Shown: positions 52,082-64,000 of the stretch, one piece after another
Layout of the letters: each line of letters begins with the position of its first letter
Position numbering within the stretch: position 1 is the stretch's first letter
Source of the DNA: Perna viridis
Lineage: Eukaryota
Length of the DNA: 64,000 bases
NCBI GenBank assembly: GCA_037379345.1
Contig: CM074515.1
Span: 8,308,001-8,372,000 of the forward strand
Direction: 5' to 3'
Program-made: the position numbers and the translations under genes
The notes under the pieces: generated by a model
Told to the model about the DNA's origin: nothing
Seen by the model: the letters and a program-made list of their open reading frames with translations, nothing else
Database searches by the model: none

Positions 52082-55000
52082 CTAAAAGATGTACATATCA
52101 TATACCTTTATAAAAAAATCATCAAAAATAGTTTCTTCAATGCACACATGTTATTGTGTTGATTCTCTGTTAAATGAAAATATCGGGTTCATACATATTT
52201 AAATAAAAAATTCAAGACAAAACCCATTTAATTAATACAAAAAATTGAAATCTTTAGTTTTTGGTTGAATATACGAAAGGCCGTCTTGTCAAGTCATTTG
52301 TATCATTGCTTTATTGCATTCTCAAACTTGAAATTGTAGATATGCCTTGCCAGGTAAAGTCTGTCATGTCGGTTGAAATGTTAATCTGACCAAATAACAC
52401 ACTTTTTAATGTTCTTTCACTTGTGATTGTGATACACAGCTTCTGTGTAGAAAATTGTTTGAAAATCTAAAAAGTCGCACTTGAAAATATATCAGAAAGT
52501 ATTTAACTTCTTTGCACACGAACTGTTTCGACCACCTCCTTTTTTCTCGAGAAAACAATTTGTCCGCCCGATGCTTTTATTTGATAAAAATAAATCGTAT
52601 TTTTTGCCTGTTTCTGAGCCCATTCATTGAAAACATAAAACACACACACACACACACACACAAACACACACACGCAAATGCCTAATATTAGATTTTTGAT
52701 ATTAGGCATTTTTGTTATATTTTCAATAAACATAACAGGAGTTTGGTCTTTTCAACTAAACCATATAACTACGTCACTAAACCAGGATGCAGTAGAGTAG
52801 AGTATGGAAAACATTTTGAATTACCAACTTTCATATCTAGCATGCATGAGGATATAACCATCCTTTTCGTACGCGGGATTCAGTCCTTTTTTAAAGCGTA
52901 TGCAGTACTCTCGCATGCGAGAACTGGACGCAAGAGACTTCTTAAATTGGACTCGGAATCAGAGTTGTAATTTACGCTGGACTCGCTGTCATTTCAGATA
53001 GTACGCTGGACTCAATGGGGCGAAGACCCCCCCCCCCCCAAGATCCCTCTACCACTTTTGGTTCCAAAAAGGTTGGCATGTATACATTAAGCTGCTGATC
53101 GGTGTGGTGTCCATAGTCCTTCATACGAGATCAAAATGTATTAAATTATGAAACATTCCACGTTATGCCGCATAGCGTCATAGTTCTAGCTTCAACCGAG
53201 ATAAAATGTACCTCTTCAATATGTGTGTTCTACGTGTGTTTCTTGATTGTATGAGAACGGGAAGAGTACGTGAGCAGAACATCACCCAGTTTCCGATTCA
53301 GGCACATTGGCTCGTTACAAGACGATATAGGTCACATACATTAGCACGGCCCCGATTTCTATAAATATTCATTACCAGTTGTTTAATTTGGTTCCTAATC
53401 TAGTTTCCTGATGACATGATCGGTAAGCATTGAATTTATATAATATAAACCCTTTTGTGCTAACGATAGGTTAGTCCATGAGCATGTTCTATATGAGCAT
53501 GCATAGAGCATGCTCAATATACACTTCCGCGAGGACAATTCTTTTGTTCTGCCCTAGCCCTACCTCGCGGAAGTGTATTTTGAACATGCTCATCAACTTA
53601 CCCTAAAAGAATCTATTACAAAGTTTCCGATTCAAAAACAACGACTCGTTATAATTAACTACATAGGTCATATGCATTATCTATATATAGCCATTGCCAG
53701 TGGTAAAATCTGTTTACAGCAAGTTGAAAAGAACCAGTTCCAATTTCAATACAAATCTTGGATCTAGGTAGAAATCTGCCCTACATTATACCAATGTGTC
53801 CTACTTTACTACCACAGAACACCTGTGTGATCTTTTGGACACTGCCTTTAGAGTTCGAATAGATGTCAATTACGATGAGCTTAACTTCTAAATGTCAAGT
53901 AAATACAACTCACTGAGGCCTTTAATAAATCATTGTTAAATTTTCTGTACTGGTACATTTTCAAGTTTATATTTTAGGGCATCTTATAAAAACAGTCACT
54001 GTAAACCAAAAAAAAAAAACTAAATAAATAAATAATGATACTAGTATTTACAATCACTTTACAACATTTATTTAACATTTTTTTTGAAACTATTTAATTT
54101 TAAGAAGGTACGAAAGCCCATTAGTGCCAGGAGTTCACTTATATTTAAGTCGTTATAACGACTTAGTATCTCGTTTAAACGACTTAGCATCTCGTTTAAA
54201 CGACTTTGTATCTCGTTTTAACGACATAGCTAACAACGCAAGTTATGTCGTTATAACGAGTTATTAAGTCGTTTAAACGAGATACTAAGTCGTTTAAACA
54301 AATAAACTATGTCATAATAACGAGATACTAAGTCGTTTAAACGAGCGAGATGCTAAGTCGTTTAAACGGGTTAACTATGTTGTTAAAACGAGATACTAAG
54401 TCGTTTAAACAAATAAGCTATGTCATAATAACGAGATACTAAGTCGTTTAAACGGGTTAACTATGTTGTTAAAAAGAGATACTAAGTCGTTTAAACGAGA
54501 TGCTAAGTCGTTTAAACGAGTTAGCAATGTCGTTTAAATAAGATACTAAGTCGTTTAAACGAGTTAGCAGAGTCGTTTAAACGATATACTAAGTCGTTAT
54601 AACGACTTGAAAATAAGTGAACACCTGGTACTAATGGGCTTCCGTAAGAAGGTCCTTAAAAGGATTGGTGCATGCATTTATATTGCAAACTGAAAACGGC
54701 CATTTTGCAAAAGTGTAATGAATGTTACCATAATTTTAAGCTCTTAAAACTACTTCAGCTAGAAAGAATCTCAGTTTAACAATGTATGACCATCAAATTC
54801 TTTCTAAAAAGGTTTAAGCATTCAGTTCAATTAAGTAAATGAAACTGAAAATAGGCACTCACGATATGTGAACATGTAAAAACTTCTATGTTTTAATTTC
54901 ACGACCGCCCCCTTTTGCGGTCATACCAATTATGGAAGATGCGCATTTTCTTATGCTTAACATTCCTTTAAAAGTTTTTAACAAAAGGTGTGGACAAACG

Positions 55001-58000
55001 GATGAAGAGACCAGGTAAATTGTACATGCCCCAAAGTTTGTACATGTATCAAATATATACCAGCTTTATTGAAGCAGTTTTGTGCTTGACATGAATGATT
55101 GTCTCTCTGTCTTCCAAGTGTTTCTCGACGCATCCTTTTCCTTGGAAAAACTTTTGTAGGTATATTGGGTACAAAACATCTAAAGCATGGGCTCCATGTG
55201 TTCTCCATCTGACCAAAACCTCTGTAATATTAAAATAAATAGACTGGAACTGTAGCAGACTTAATTTATTTTCATTTTTTAACAATAACTTAATTTTAGA
55301 ATTTTATACTTTTTGGGAATAGACATTAGATAAAAAATGCAAAAAAAATTTTTAAAAATGTTGATTTGACGAAAATGAACTGTTATCCCGAAAATGTTTA
55401 AAATCCTTGAAAATGGCAATAATTCATGTAATATAAAAATAACCATCACTCATTTCCTATAAAGGTATTGAAATAAATTCAATTAACTCGGAAGTAAATA
55501 TAGTATACTACCAACCTGAAAACATGCAAACACCTACTGCATGTAAACTCAGCCCACCCCCACTCCCTGTTCCGTGGAATAGCTTCATATCTCCGTCTAC
55601 ATCGTCTACATCTTGAAACCTGTTAAAGAAAAGATGACTGCATAAGTTTGACTAACTTGTGTCCTATTCCATTTGTTGTAGTTGAGCAAATTAAATTGTT
55701 ATAAACTATAAACTAAACAAAGATGTTGTAGGTCTTACTTTGTACATGTACCTAGCTATTGTACTTCGAAAATTCTGGAAACCCATAACATCTTAGTTAA
55801 CCTCTCGATTTTCAAAATCAAAATTAAAGCCACTCTTTGATTCTTTTATTTTTTTTATCAATAATTGAAGTGTCATTTTTATTCGCTGTACTATTTTGAA
55901 GAGAAAGCGAACTTCAATTTAATCTAGACAAACTAAACTTGGAAATGAAAATAATTGAAATGTGACCTTAAGAATCGCCATCTTTAAACTAGAGGCCCCA
56001 CAGAGCCCGAATTACTCATTTAATAGAATAAATGGTGTTAGAACATATTCCAGTAAGTTAAGGTTCTTATGATATAAGCCAAAACCTTCAAAACAATGGT
56101 TTTATTTTGATAATTGTACATCTATAATACTTCACGTTTAAGTGTCTACCTAATACTTGATCATGTTTATTTGTATTTTCTTATTTTCTTTAATTCATTT
56201 TTAACTGTGTTTTTCCCGTTGCCTCTCTTTCCATTTTAAGGACAACTTAACATGTTAGTTTGACTTTCAAGTGGCGATTTTATTATGCTTTTCCACAAAA
56301 ACCTTGTGACAACACTTTTGCGTGATTTATTACATATCATTCCACATATTTTATATGAAGGGGATGTAAGATCCTTCAGGGGTGCAGATGTTAACAGTGA
56401 CCATTATCTGATACTAGCAGTAATACAACATAAACTTAGGAAAACACCGGAACAAGAAAATATCAGGAAAAGGTTAGATATATCAAGACTGAACATCCCA
56501 ACAGTCAAAAGATCATTCAATCTTGCTCTACGTAACCGATTCAGTGTTCTTGAAAATTTTGAGAATGATAATATACAAAACCAGTATGAGATCATAAAAG
56601 ATATGTATCTTGAAACAGCTAAAGATACTTTAGGATACCAAACTAAGAAAAATAAGGAATGGCTATCTGAGGAAACATGGAAGAAAATTGAAGACCGTGA
56701 AGACCTCAAACAGAAAATCCTTAATTCCAAATCATCAAGGATACTAGAACAACTCAAGACTTCATACAAGACCAAGGATAAAGAAGTCAAAAGGAGTGCT
56801 AGGAAAGACAGGCGTGAATTTGTAGATTCTATGGCCAGAGAGGCAGAAGAAGCTGCCACCATGTGCAAAAATCCATTAAATCGCTGAAGAACAACAAAGC
56901 CGCTGGAATTGACACCATCAGTGCAGAATTACTAAAAGCTGATATCAACACCTCAATCAGAATACTTCACAACCTATTACAAACAACTAGAAAAATGAAC
57001 ACATACCACCTGACTGGTCGAAAGGTCTTATTGTCAAAATCGCGAAAAAGAGAGATTTGCTGAATTGTGACAACTGGAGAGGTGTAACATTACTGTCAGT
57101 TCCAAGTAAAGTATTTTGTAAGATCGTTCTTGCCAGAATAGATGATGCAGTAGACAAGAAGCTAAGAGAAGAACAAGCTGGCTTTAGGAAAGGACGTGGA
57201 TGCATAGACCAAATATTAACGCTCCGTAACATCATAGAGCAATGTATCGAATGGAATATGCCTCTTTTCATCAACTTTATCGATTTTCGGAAGGCATTTG
57301 ATAGCGTCCACAGAGAGACCGTGTGGAAAATTCTAGGAACATATGGAATTCCATCAAAGATTACCAACTTGATTAAACTTGTCTACACCAACTTTGAATG
57401 CAGTGTCATCCTGGGAAATGCCATCTCTCAACCATTCAATGTAAGATCCGTTGTAAGACAAGGCAGTATATTGTCACCTATACTGTTCCTAATGACCATA
57501 GACTGGACCCAACGGAAAACCACAAGAACAAGTCATCGGATACAATGGACAATGTTTAGCAAACTCGACGATCTGGATTTTGCAGATGACCTTGCAGGAA
57601 TATCAACATCAAGACAACACTTGCAAGAGAAAGCAAATTCTTTGAATAACTATGCAGAAGAAGCTGGCCTAAATATAAACACCACCAAGACCAAAGTGAT
57701 GGCCAACAACAAGACACTTACCAACCCAATCACTATTAACAAAAAGCCAGTAGAAACAGTTGAAGACTTCACATATTTAGGCAGCATAATAAGCTCTGAC
57801 AACGGCACAAAGAAAGACATCCAGGCAAGATTATCGAAAGCTCGAACTGCCTTCGCCAGATTAAAACCTGTATGGAATTCAAAGGCATACAGCAAGAGAA
57901 CAAAAATACGGATATACAACAGTAATGTCAAGCCAGTGCTGTTGTATGGGTCAGAATGTTGGCGCATCATTCAGAGGGACTTGCAGAAATTGGAAGTTTT

Positions 58001-59922
58001 CCAAAACAAATGCCAAAGAAGAATCCAGGGTATATTTTGGCCAGAGAAGATAACAAACGAGGACCTGTTAAGAATGTGTAAATGCCATTCCATTGCAACA
58101 GACCTAAAAAAGAGACGCTTCAGATGGCTAGGTCACGTGTTCAGAATGCAAAATGACCGCCTGCCAAAAATTGCCCTACGATGGACACCACATGGGAAGA
58201 GGAAACCGGGCAGACCTTGCACCACCTGGAGGAGAAGAGTGCTAGCAGAGCTAGAAGAACTTGGTTACAGCCTTGGCGAGGCTCAACACCTGGCCCCGGA
58301 CAGAGACAAATGGCGGGATCTTGTTATCGCCTTATGTCCCACTGGGGATGAAGAGGATAGGTGAGGTGAGGACAGGGGGTCCATGTCTCCTTTCTCTCGT
58401 CCCGTCTCTCCTATCTCCTACCCTTTCCTCCTCTTTCCCATCCCTTTCCCGTTCTTTTGCCAAAATGGCCTGAAATACGTTTAATTATGCATTCCCTTGG
58501 CTCATGAGATATCGAAGATGCTACATAAATGTGTTTGAATATACAAAAGTTGGTTTGAAGTAGTGTACTTGAAAAAAATGCATATTACAGGTTAAATGGA
58601 AGAAAATATGAAATTCCAAAAATTTCCCTTTTTATGAAAAGCTCATAATTGTTAACTTGAAACTACAAATAAACGAGGATGAAATTAGCAGATATGTTGG
58701 ACACATCGATTATTAAAACCGAAATACCCAACATTACTATTGTGCACATTTATAAGCTAAAACTTATCATTTTGGTTCATGTTGAGGTTTTTTTTTTCAT
58801 GGGTAGGGATGGCACTTTTTCACCTGATTGGACTTGAAAAAGTTCAAATTTTTATAACTCTGGCTCATTAGAAAGCTTCTACTCTATATAACTGTATCTG
58901 ATAACAAACGCTTATTTGAAGTAGGATAATTGGAAAAAAACACCAAAAAGAAATTCTAAGCTCCTCAATTGATCAGATATTTTAGGTACAACATTATCTT
59001 AATTATGAATGCCTAAAATGTGAGTTTTACAACTTGTGCTTTGAATGAGAACTGTTTGATACTGAGGCCGGTTTGTTATGGGTAGGAGTAATAATTTTAA
59101 CGTTTTTGAAAATTCTTCCTTGAAAATTGGTATTTCGTGGTTTATTCATGTAGAAAATGAGATTATCTATCGAATGATACCACATTTGAGACGTTTTAGT
59201 TCAGCAATAACTCGTAGAGTCGAAATTAAGTGACTTTTTACGGGAAAATCGAAAATCCAATATTTTGCATTTTTTTTTTTTTATAAATTCTGACTACGAT
59301 AATCGCCATAAGTTATCAAAAGAACCCCAGAAGTATTGATTGTGATAACACTAAATAGAAAATATAAAATAAGCCATTTCTTACTGAGGCATAGATACTG
59401 TAAGGGTTTTGCCATTGAAAAATATGTCAAATTAAGCGATTTTTCGGTGCGGTAGGGGTACATTTTTATCTTTTTACTCCAAACCATAAGTGTTACCGCA
59501 ATTTTCTTGATACCATTGTATAGCTGAGACATTCATGATTGTACTATATGTTGGTACCTGCATACGTCAATTTACTTCTTTTTGTAGAAAGTATAAGTTC
59601 GAATAATCAAAAAACGTAAAAAAATGGAGTTTTGCCTCAACGAGGTATAAAAAGTAGCCAAAAAAATACAAAAATGCTTCAGTTTATTTTTACCAAAAGA
59701 GGTATAAAGGTAGCTGCCAATCATATTTTGGTTGATGAGTGGGGGGTGCACGGGGGATGTTGTCTCAGCCCACGTACTAAATGTACTTACTTTTTTTCTA
59801 GTTGGAACTTTTCTCCACCAAACATTATCACATGGCTGACATGCGTATTGACGATCTTCATATGGGACGGTATTTTGTAGGGCTAATTCCTTCCATCTCC
59901 TATTATTCCGTACGATTTCAAA
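51897..59922 (-). CDS. SHFL: Shiftless antiviral inhibitor of ribosomal frameshifting homologue (SHFL/RyDEN/C19orf66), last four exons, 193 aa
   Basis: Exons 59791-59922, 55516-55619, 55061-55221, 51897-52081; GT-AG; phases 0/2/1; 582 nt ending in TAA. Translation includes [59 protein letters not shown]...SPCFRC...HSCQAQNCFNK...CVHPRS...PSLHHNCTGSTVSTFMAQ. This follows, motif by motif, human SHFL as I recall it (RQFAC..CDHVWWRRVP.RKEVSRCRKC...WG.AEF.C..C.H.FRG...SPCY.C...HSC....CYNR...C.HP.S...H.SSGSTV). Confidence 0.92.
52640..52675. repeat. (CA)n microsatellite
   Basis: Direct reading. Confidence 0.85.
53497..53593. repeat. Hairpin / short inverted repeat in the last SHFL intron
   Basis: gagcatgctcaatatacacttccgcgagg ... 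cctcgcggaagtgtattttgaacatgctc. Confidence 0.7.
54109..54646. mobile_element. Non-autonomous TIR element (IS3EU-like) with an internal ~21-bp tandem array
   Basis: Termini TACGaAAGCCCATTAGT / ACTAATGGGCTTCCGTA; flanking direct repeat agaagg; interior units aagtcgtttaaacgagatact. Confidence 0.75.
55061..55221 (-). CDS. SHFL: SHFL exon
   Basis: GFGQMENTWSPCFRCFVPNIPTKVFPRKRMRRETLGRQRDNHSCQAQNCFNKA. Confidence 0.9.
55516..55619 (-). CDS. SHFL: SHFL exon
   Basis: [35 protein letters not shown]. Confidence 0.92.
56357..58370 (+). mobile_element. RTE-clade LINE with an intact RT core, antisense within an SHFL intron
   Basis: ORF 57057-58364: NWRGVTLLS, QAGFRKGR, DFRKAFDSV, RQGSILSP, FADD, RWLGHV; upstream APE end SDHYL; (GTGAG)n tail. 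Confidence 0.92.
59791..59922 (-). CDS. SHFL: SHFL exon (first seen in window)
   Basis: TTTTTTAG acceptor; [50 protein letters not shown] donor. Confidence 0.9.
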
Positions 59923-59967
59923 CTAAAAAAGACAACTGATACAAATCCCATTTGGTCGATATGACCA

Positions 59968-61535
59968 GAAAGAGTAATTAAGGAAACCAAGGTTATAGCG
60001 GTAATCAAAAGAATGTAATGCAGGAACAAAGACCAGTCATGGAAAACAGACATACCAAACAAAGAACATGAAGTAACTAAAATCATACATACAAAGTAAC
60101 AAAAGCAAATGAGCAACTCGGACTCCACTAAAAACTGGGAGCATGGACCCGGTGCACCGGTAGGGTAAGGGTCCCCTGCTTTTCTAGAAACACTAGTCGA
60201 GTTGTTCATAAAAAGTAATATCCGGGGTAGACGAAAGAGGAAAGGAAAACTATGACACGTTGAACAAATCAGTTTTCATGGCGCAGATGGATACACCGTA
60301 GCGATCCACGAGTTCATGATGACGACCATAAAACTTCTGTAGTGATTACTTCAATCTAGTAGCAACATAACTCTGATTCCAAAGCCTATTTGTTAGAAGT
60401 CTAGCGCGATATAAAAAGTCTGCGTAGTTTCGGCAAGCTCTGGCATAATGTATGAGTTGTGATATGAACACTCCATACGCAGATGCTGAAGGGATGTTGC
60501 CACAGATAAAAGGAAAGTTAACAGTGCTGAATGAAAAGTCATTACGTTTGTCGTAAAGTTTGGTCAATAGTTCTCCTTTACAATCGATTCTAGATATGAG
60601 GCTGACCTCACAATGTCTGTAGTATCCTTTATCTCAAGTTCTTTGGGGGTAGATGCGATGTATCAAATCCCCGAAATTAGGATTGTTTAAAGAAAATACG
60701 TATGTCATCCATATAGCGGAAACTGAGATTAAAGGATCTAGCTAAGCGATATTCCTTCTTTCGGATCAGATCAGCTATAAAGTCAGCCTCACATGAGTGA
60801 AGGAATAGGTCAGCAAGTAGAGAAACACAATTTGTTCCCACTGGAATGCCGACCGTTTGTTGAAAAGGGTGTCCACCACACTGGACAAATATGTTGTCGA
60901 TTAAAAATTCAAGCATTTTGTAAATATCATCTTCTGTATGTTTGGAAGATGATTTGGAATTATTTTTCACAAAGTATGAGGAATCTCTACCAAGAACTAT
61001 ATATTTGTATCTAGGTGTACTATCTTTTTTTGGAAAAACAACGACGTATAATGTTTTTGAGTCGGGATTTTAACTGAGTATGGGGAATAGAAGTATATAG
61101 TGTTGAAAACTCATAGGTTTTAATGCTATTATATTTTGATAATAGTCTTGAACTGGTTGTCTCCAAAAGAACTTTCGAATTTTTCAGCATCCACATTGAA
61201 TTAATACCACTACGGCAGTAACAAGTGTTGTGGTAGGACTGCAGACCCTCTTTGACAGCTGTGAGTATAGAAGTTAAAAATTTTGAAAGACGTTTGGTGG
61301 TACATTTTGCGGATCCAGTTATGTAACGTTGTTTGTATGGATTCTTGTGGAGTTTAGGAATCCAGTACATAGACGGTAAATCACAATCATCGTCCTTGGT
61401 AGAGAGACCAAAAGAGGATAGCACAGATTTATGGTTTTCCACAATCTCTTCTTTCGAGGGTGTGGTAACAGTATATGTCTTATCACTGCTATTATTTTCT
61501 ACGTCTACCTCTGATAATAAACATTTAGTTAATAA
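59968..61535 (-). mobile_element. Penelope-like (Naiad-type) RT element, 5'-truncated, in an SHFL intron
   Basis: YWIPKLHKNPYKQRYI, FSTLYTSIPH, QTVGIPVGTN, FRYMDDI, KLYDKRNDF; same 3' UTR as the other copies. Confidence 0.88.
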
Positions 61536-63169
61536 AATCCTTTTCATATATCCCCGCAACACACAACGGTACATGACTCGATCGCATGCCCGTCGGTTAT
61601 CTTTAAAACTTACCGGCAATACCATGGTGCATAGCCATAAAGGATTCTTTCGGATAAAAAGGACTCTTTTGGGTCGTGGAGCGGACATATTCGGATTATT
61701 TTGAGAAGATGGAACTGATGACAGTACAAATCATCAATAAATGATGGAACAGGAGAGGTAATTGAATGAAGCTGATTGTTTCATGGAACATTTTAGTCTT
61801 TTTAAATGTAGTTTAACCCAATGTAGGCATTTTCCCCCTACAGGCTGTCCAATTAAGTATTCAAGGTCCGTCGATCTCTGCGGAGTTCATATCGATTTTA
61901 TTCTACACATTTACATCTTTAAATATTTTTTGTGAAATATTCCTTACATTTAACCTATTTGCTTGATGTTCTTACCCATTTCCATTTAAAAAAAATCTAG
62001 TGATTCTTATGAAAACATCTCATAAAAGAAAACTTGGTGACGGACGTTCTTTTATTACTGTGTATTCTAAAAAACATCAAATTCAAATATAAATGTTTTA
62101 GTTTTTATACGATGCGGTCTAGTTTTTATCTGATGGGTTCTTGATTTAGTCCGGTGATACAGTTGTAATTCGTAGAAACCATTTTCAAGCACCACGTGTA
62201 ATTTTAATATTAAGCTTTTCATTTCTTAAAAGTAAATATATCTTGGTAAGAACACTCTGCATTTATGCGCCTATCCAATGTATATGCATACAAGAGACAA
62301 TAATAATAATTGTATTTTAGGTTAATAAAAGTGATAATCTTTATATTCCCACTTCTGTTAAAATATCATACAAAAATTCACGTGACATCGTTACACGTCA
62401 TAATGCGCCAGTTTGCATAATATGCAGGTTTGTTGTCGGTTAACATAGAACACATACATGAATGAACACAGAACTCTCCGATGTCCTACATAATTGATCT
62501 ACAAACTACAAGTTCGAAGACATTTTTCAGTTTCTATTTTTTTAAGTCGAATTCAATTTAGCGAACTCAATTTCGAAACTATCTGTCAAAACATTCATAA
62601 CTTGAACAACCATCGTTGTAATCAATCCTGTCCTTAGATGTGTACCTTAGCTACATCTGCATGCATTTCTCAGTCGATAAGCAATAGCTCAAGTCGCATA
62701 GACACCTATGTACAGTAAAACTACAGGGACCTGTTGTCAAACCTGTATTAACAGGCACCTGTTTTCAGCAATGATTTTAAAAGACTATGATAATACAAAT
62801 TTCCTGTGTACTGTATTCTGTGTAAAAATAACCTGAATATAAAGATCTCCTGTCTTATGTGATCATGATATTGCTCAACCGTGGAAGGTCACAATAGACA
62901 GGTTTCTCTGTCTATTGGTAAAAGCTCTTAGTTTCTAGGCACCAAGTTCCAGAAAAACGCCAACGTCTTAGAATATGATTTCAACAATAAGGTCTGACAA
63001 AGGGAACACTAGCCATGTCTTTTGATCGCTTTAATTCAGCTGTATTTTTTTCATATAATCCTAGATACATCTAGTTTTATTATAAAACTTATCAACGTAT
63101 CTGGTTCTTCACACCTTTCTTGTAATAACTAAACGTATTTTTCAGTGATTGGAGACGGGATAAATACAT

Positions 63170-63430
63170 CAATTAGACATACTTGGATAATGCTTTGAGT
63201 TTTTTTAATGGACAATACATCCATTTTTTTAGTCGTTTCGGTAATACTCTATACAGACAGGTTGTTGGTATTCCGATGGGAATTGCGCTTCTCTTATAGC
63301 CTATTTGTTTCTATACTGCTATGAACCACAGTTCATTGCTAAACTCTTTAAAGATCCATCAAAACATGATATGTTGTATGAATGCAATAATACTCTTATA
63401 TACCTTGATGATATACTGTCATCAAAAAGT
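63170..63430 (+). mobile_element. Decayed Penelope-like RT fragment
   Basis: RFGNTLYRQVVGIPMG...LFLYCYE...YLDDIL. Confidence 0.7.
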
Positions 63431-64000
63431 CTAATTCTAAATTGTTCATGATATATCTTAGCATATCTTACATATAAAGTTTATAAATCCACCAAATCCA
63501 GACATAAGTAACAATCAAGACAAATCAAGCAAAATTTCAAAGATCAAGACAACTTGACAATTACTAACTCTGTCAAAAGACATTAGAGTGCTTACAAAGA
63601 TATAACGGAATGGCGCGCAAAATTTCCCTCTTCCAATGCGGCGGTGATTAAAAAGCATTTGAATGCTATTTTATGGAACGCCTAAACTGTCTGATGAGAT
63701 ACACATTTGTTTACGTGTTGTCAATTTTATTTTACTTGCTGTGGTTTTATAATTACATATGGTCATTTTGTATTTACGTTATGTAGGCACATCTTTACAT
63801 TATGTCGTTTGGTATATACGTTCTGTCATTTCGTTCCATACTATTTTGTCATAATTGGTAAATCAGCAGTCACATCAGCATAAAGAATAATTTACAAACA
63901 GCAATCATTACTCATTGTTTTACTGAAGAAACTGAGTATTTTTCAACCAAGAACTGATATCTGAAAAATAATGTGGACCGTTTTAGACGCATTTCATCGT

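Noticed and set aside
54150-54610. Regular palindromic repeats resembling a CRISPR array
   Set aside because: No unique spacers and no cas genes; bounded by TIRs in a eukaryotic intron
54838-54853. ISRE/IRF-like motif (aatgaaactgaaa) in an SHFL intron; similar agtttcgctttt at ~21731
   Set aside because: Expected by chance in AT-rich DNA; the SHFL promoter is not in the window
56404-57970. Minus-strand ORFs of 106-154 aa
   Set aside because: Antisense shadows of the RTE coding sequence

Overview
AT-rich, intron-rich animal DNA, most consistent with a mollusc and probably a bivalve (inferred from gene and repeat content). I reconstructed four minus-strand host genes by hand from GT-AG splice sites. 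(1) MRPL38, complete, 8 exons, 4373-15982. (2) A B-box + NHL-like propeller gene with a single coding exon, 19534-20544. (3) An SLC16/monocarboxylate-transporter gene, 31710-48435, cut off in TM9 by a Penelope-like endonuclease fragment. (4) The last four exons of a Shiftless (SHFL/RyDEN/C19orf66) homologue, 51897-59922, which the ORF track captures only as a fragment of one exon; its 5' exons probably lie beyond the window. The rest is a dense, often nested set of transposable elements: RTE, Nimb/I, RTEX and CR1/L2-like LINEs, Penelope-like elements (some of Naiad type), MULE remnants, SINEs and MITEs. The main leads are the invertebrate Shiftless homologue, a heavily base-paired 5' head on a non-tRNA retroposon, and a conserved structured 3' module of Naiad-type elements. 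All family assignments come from motif recognition, not database searches.
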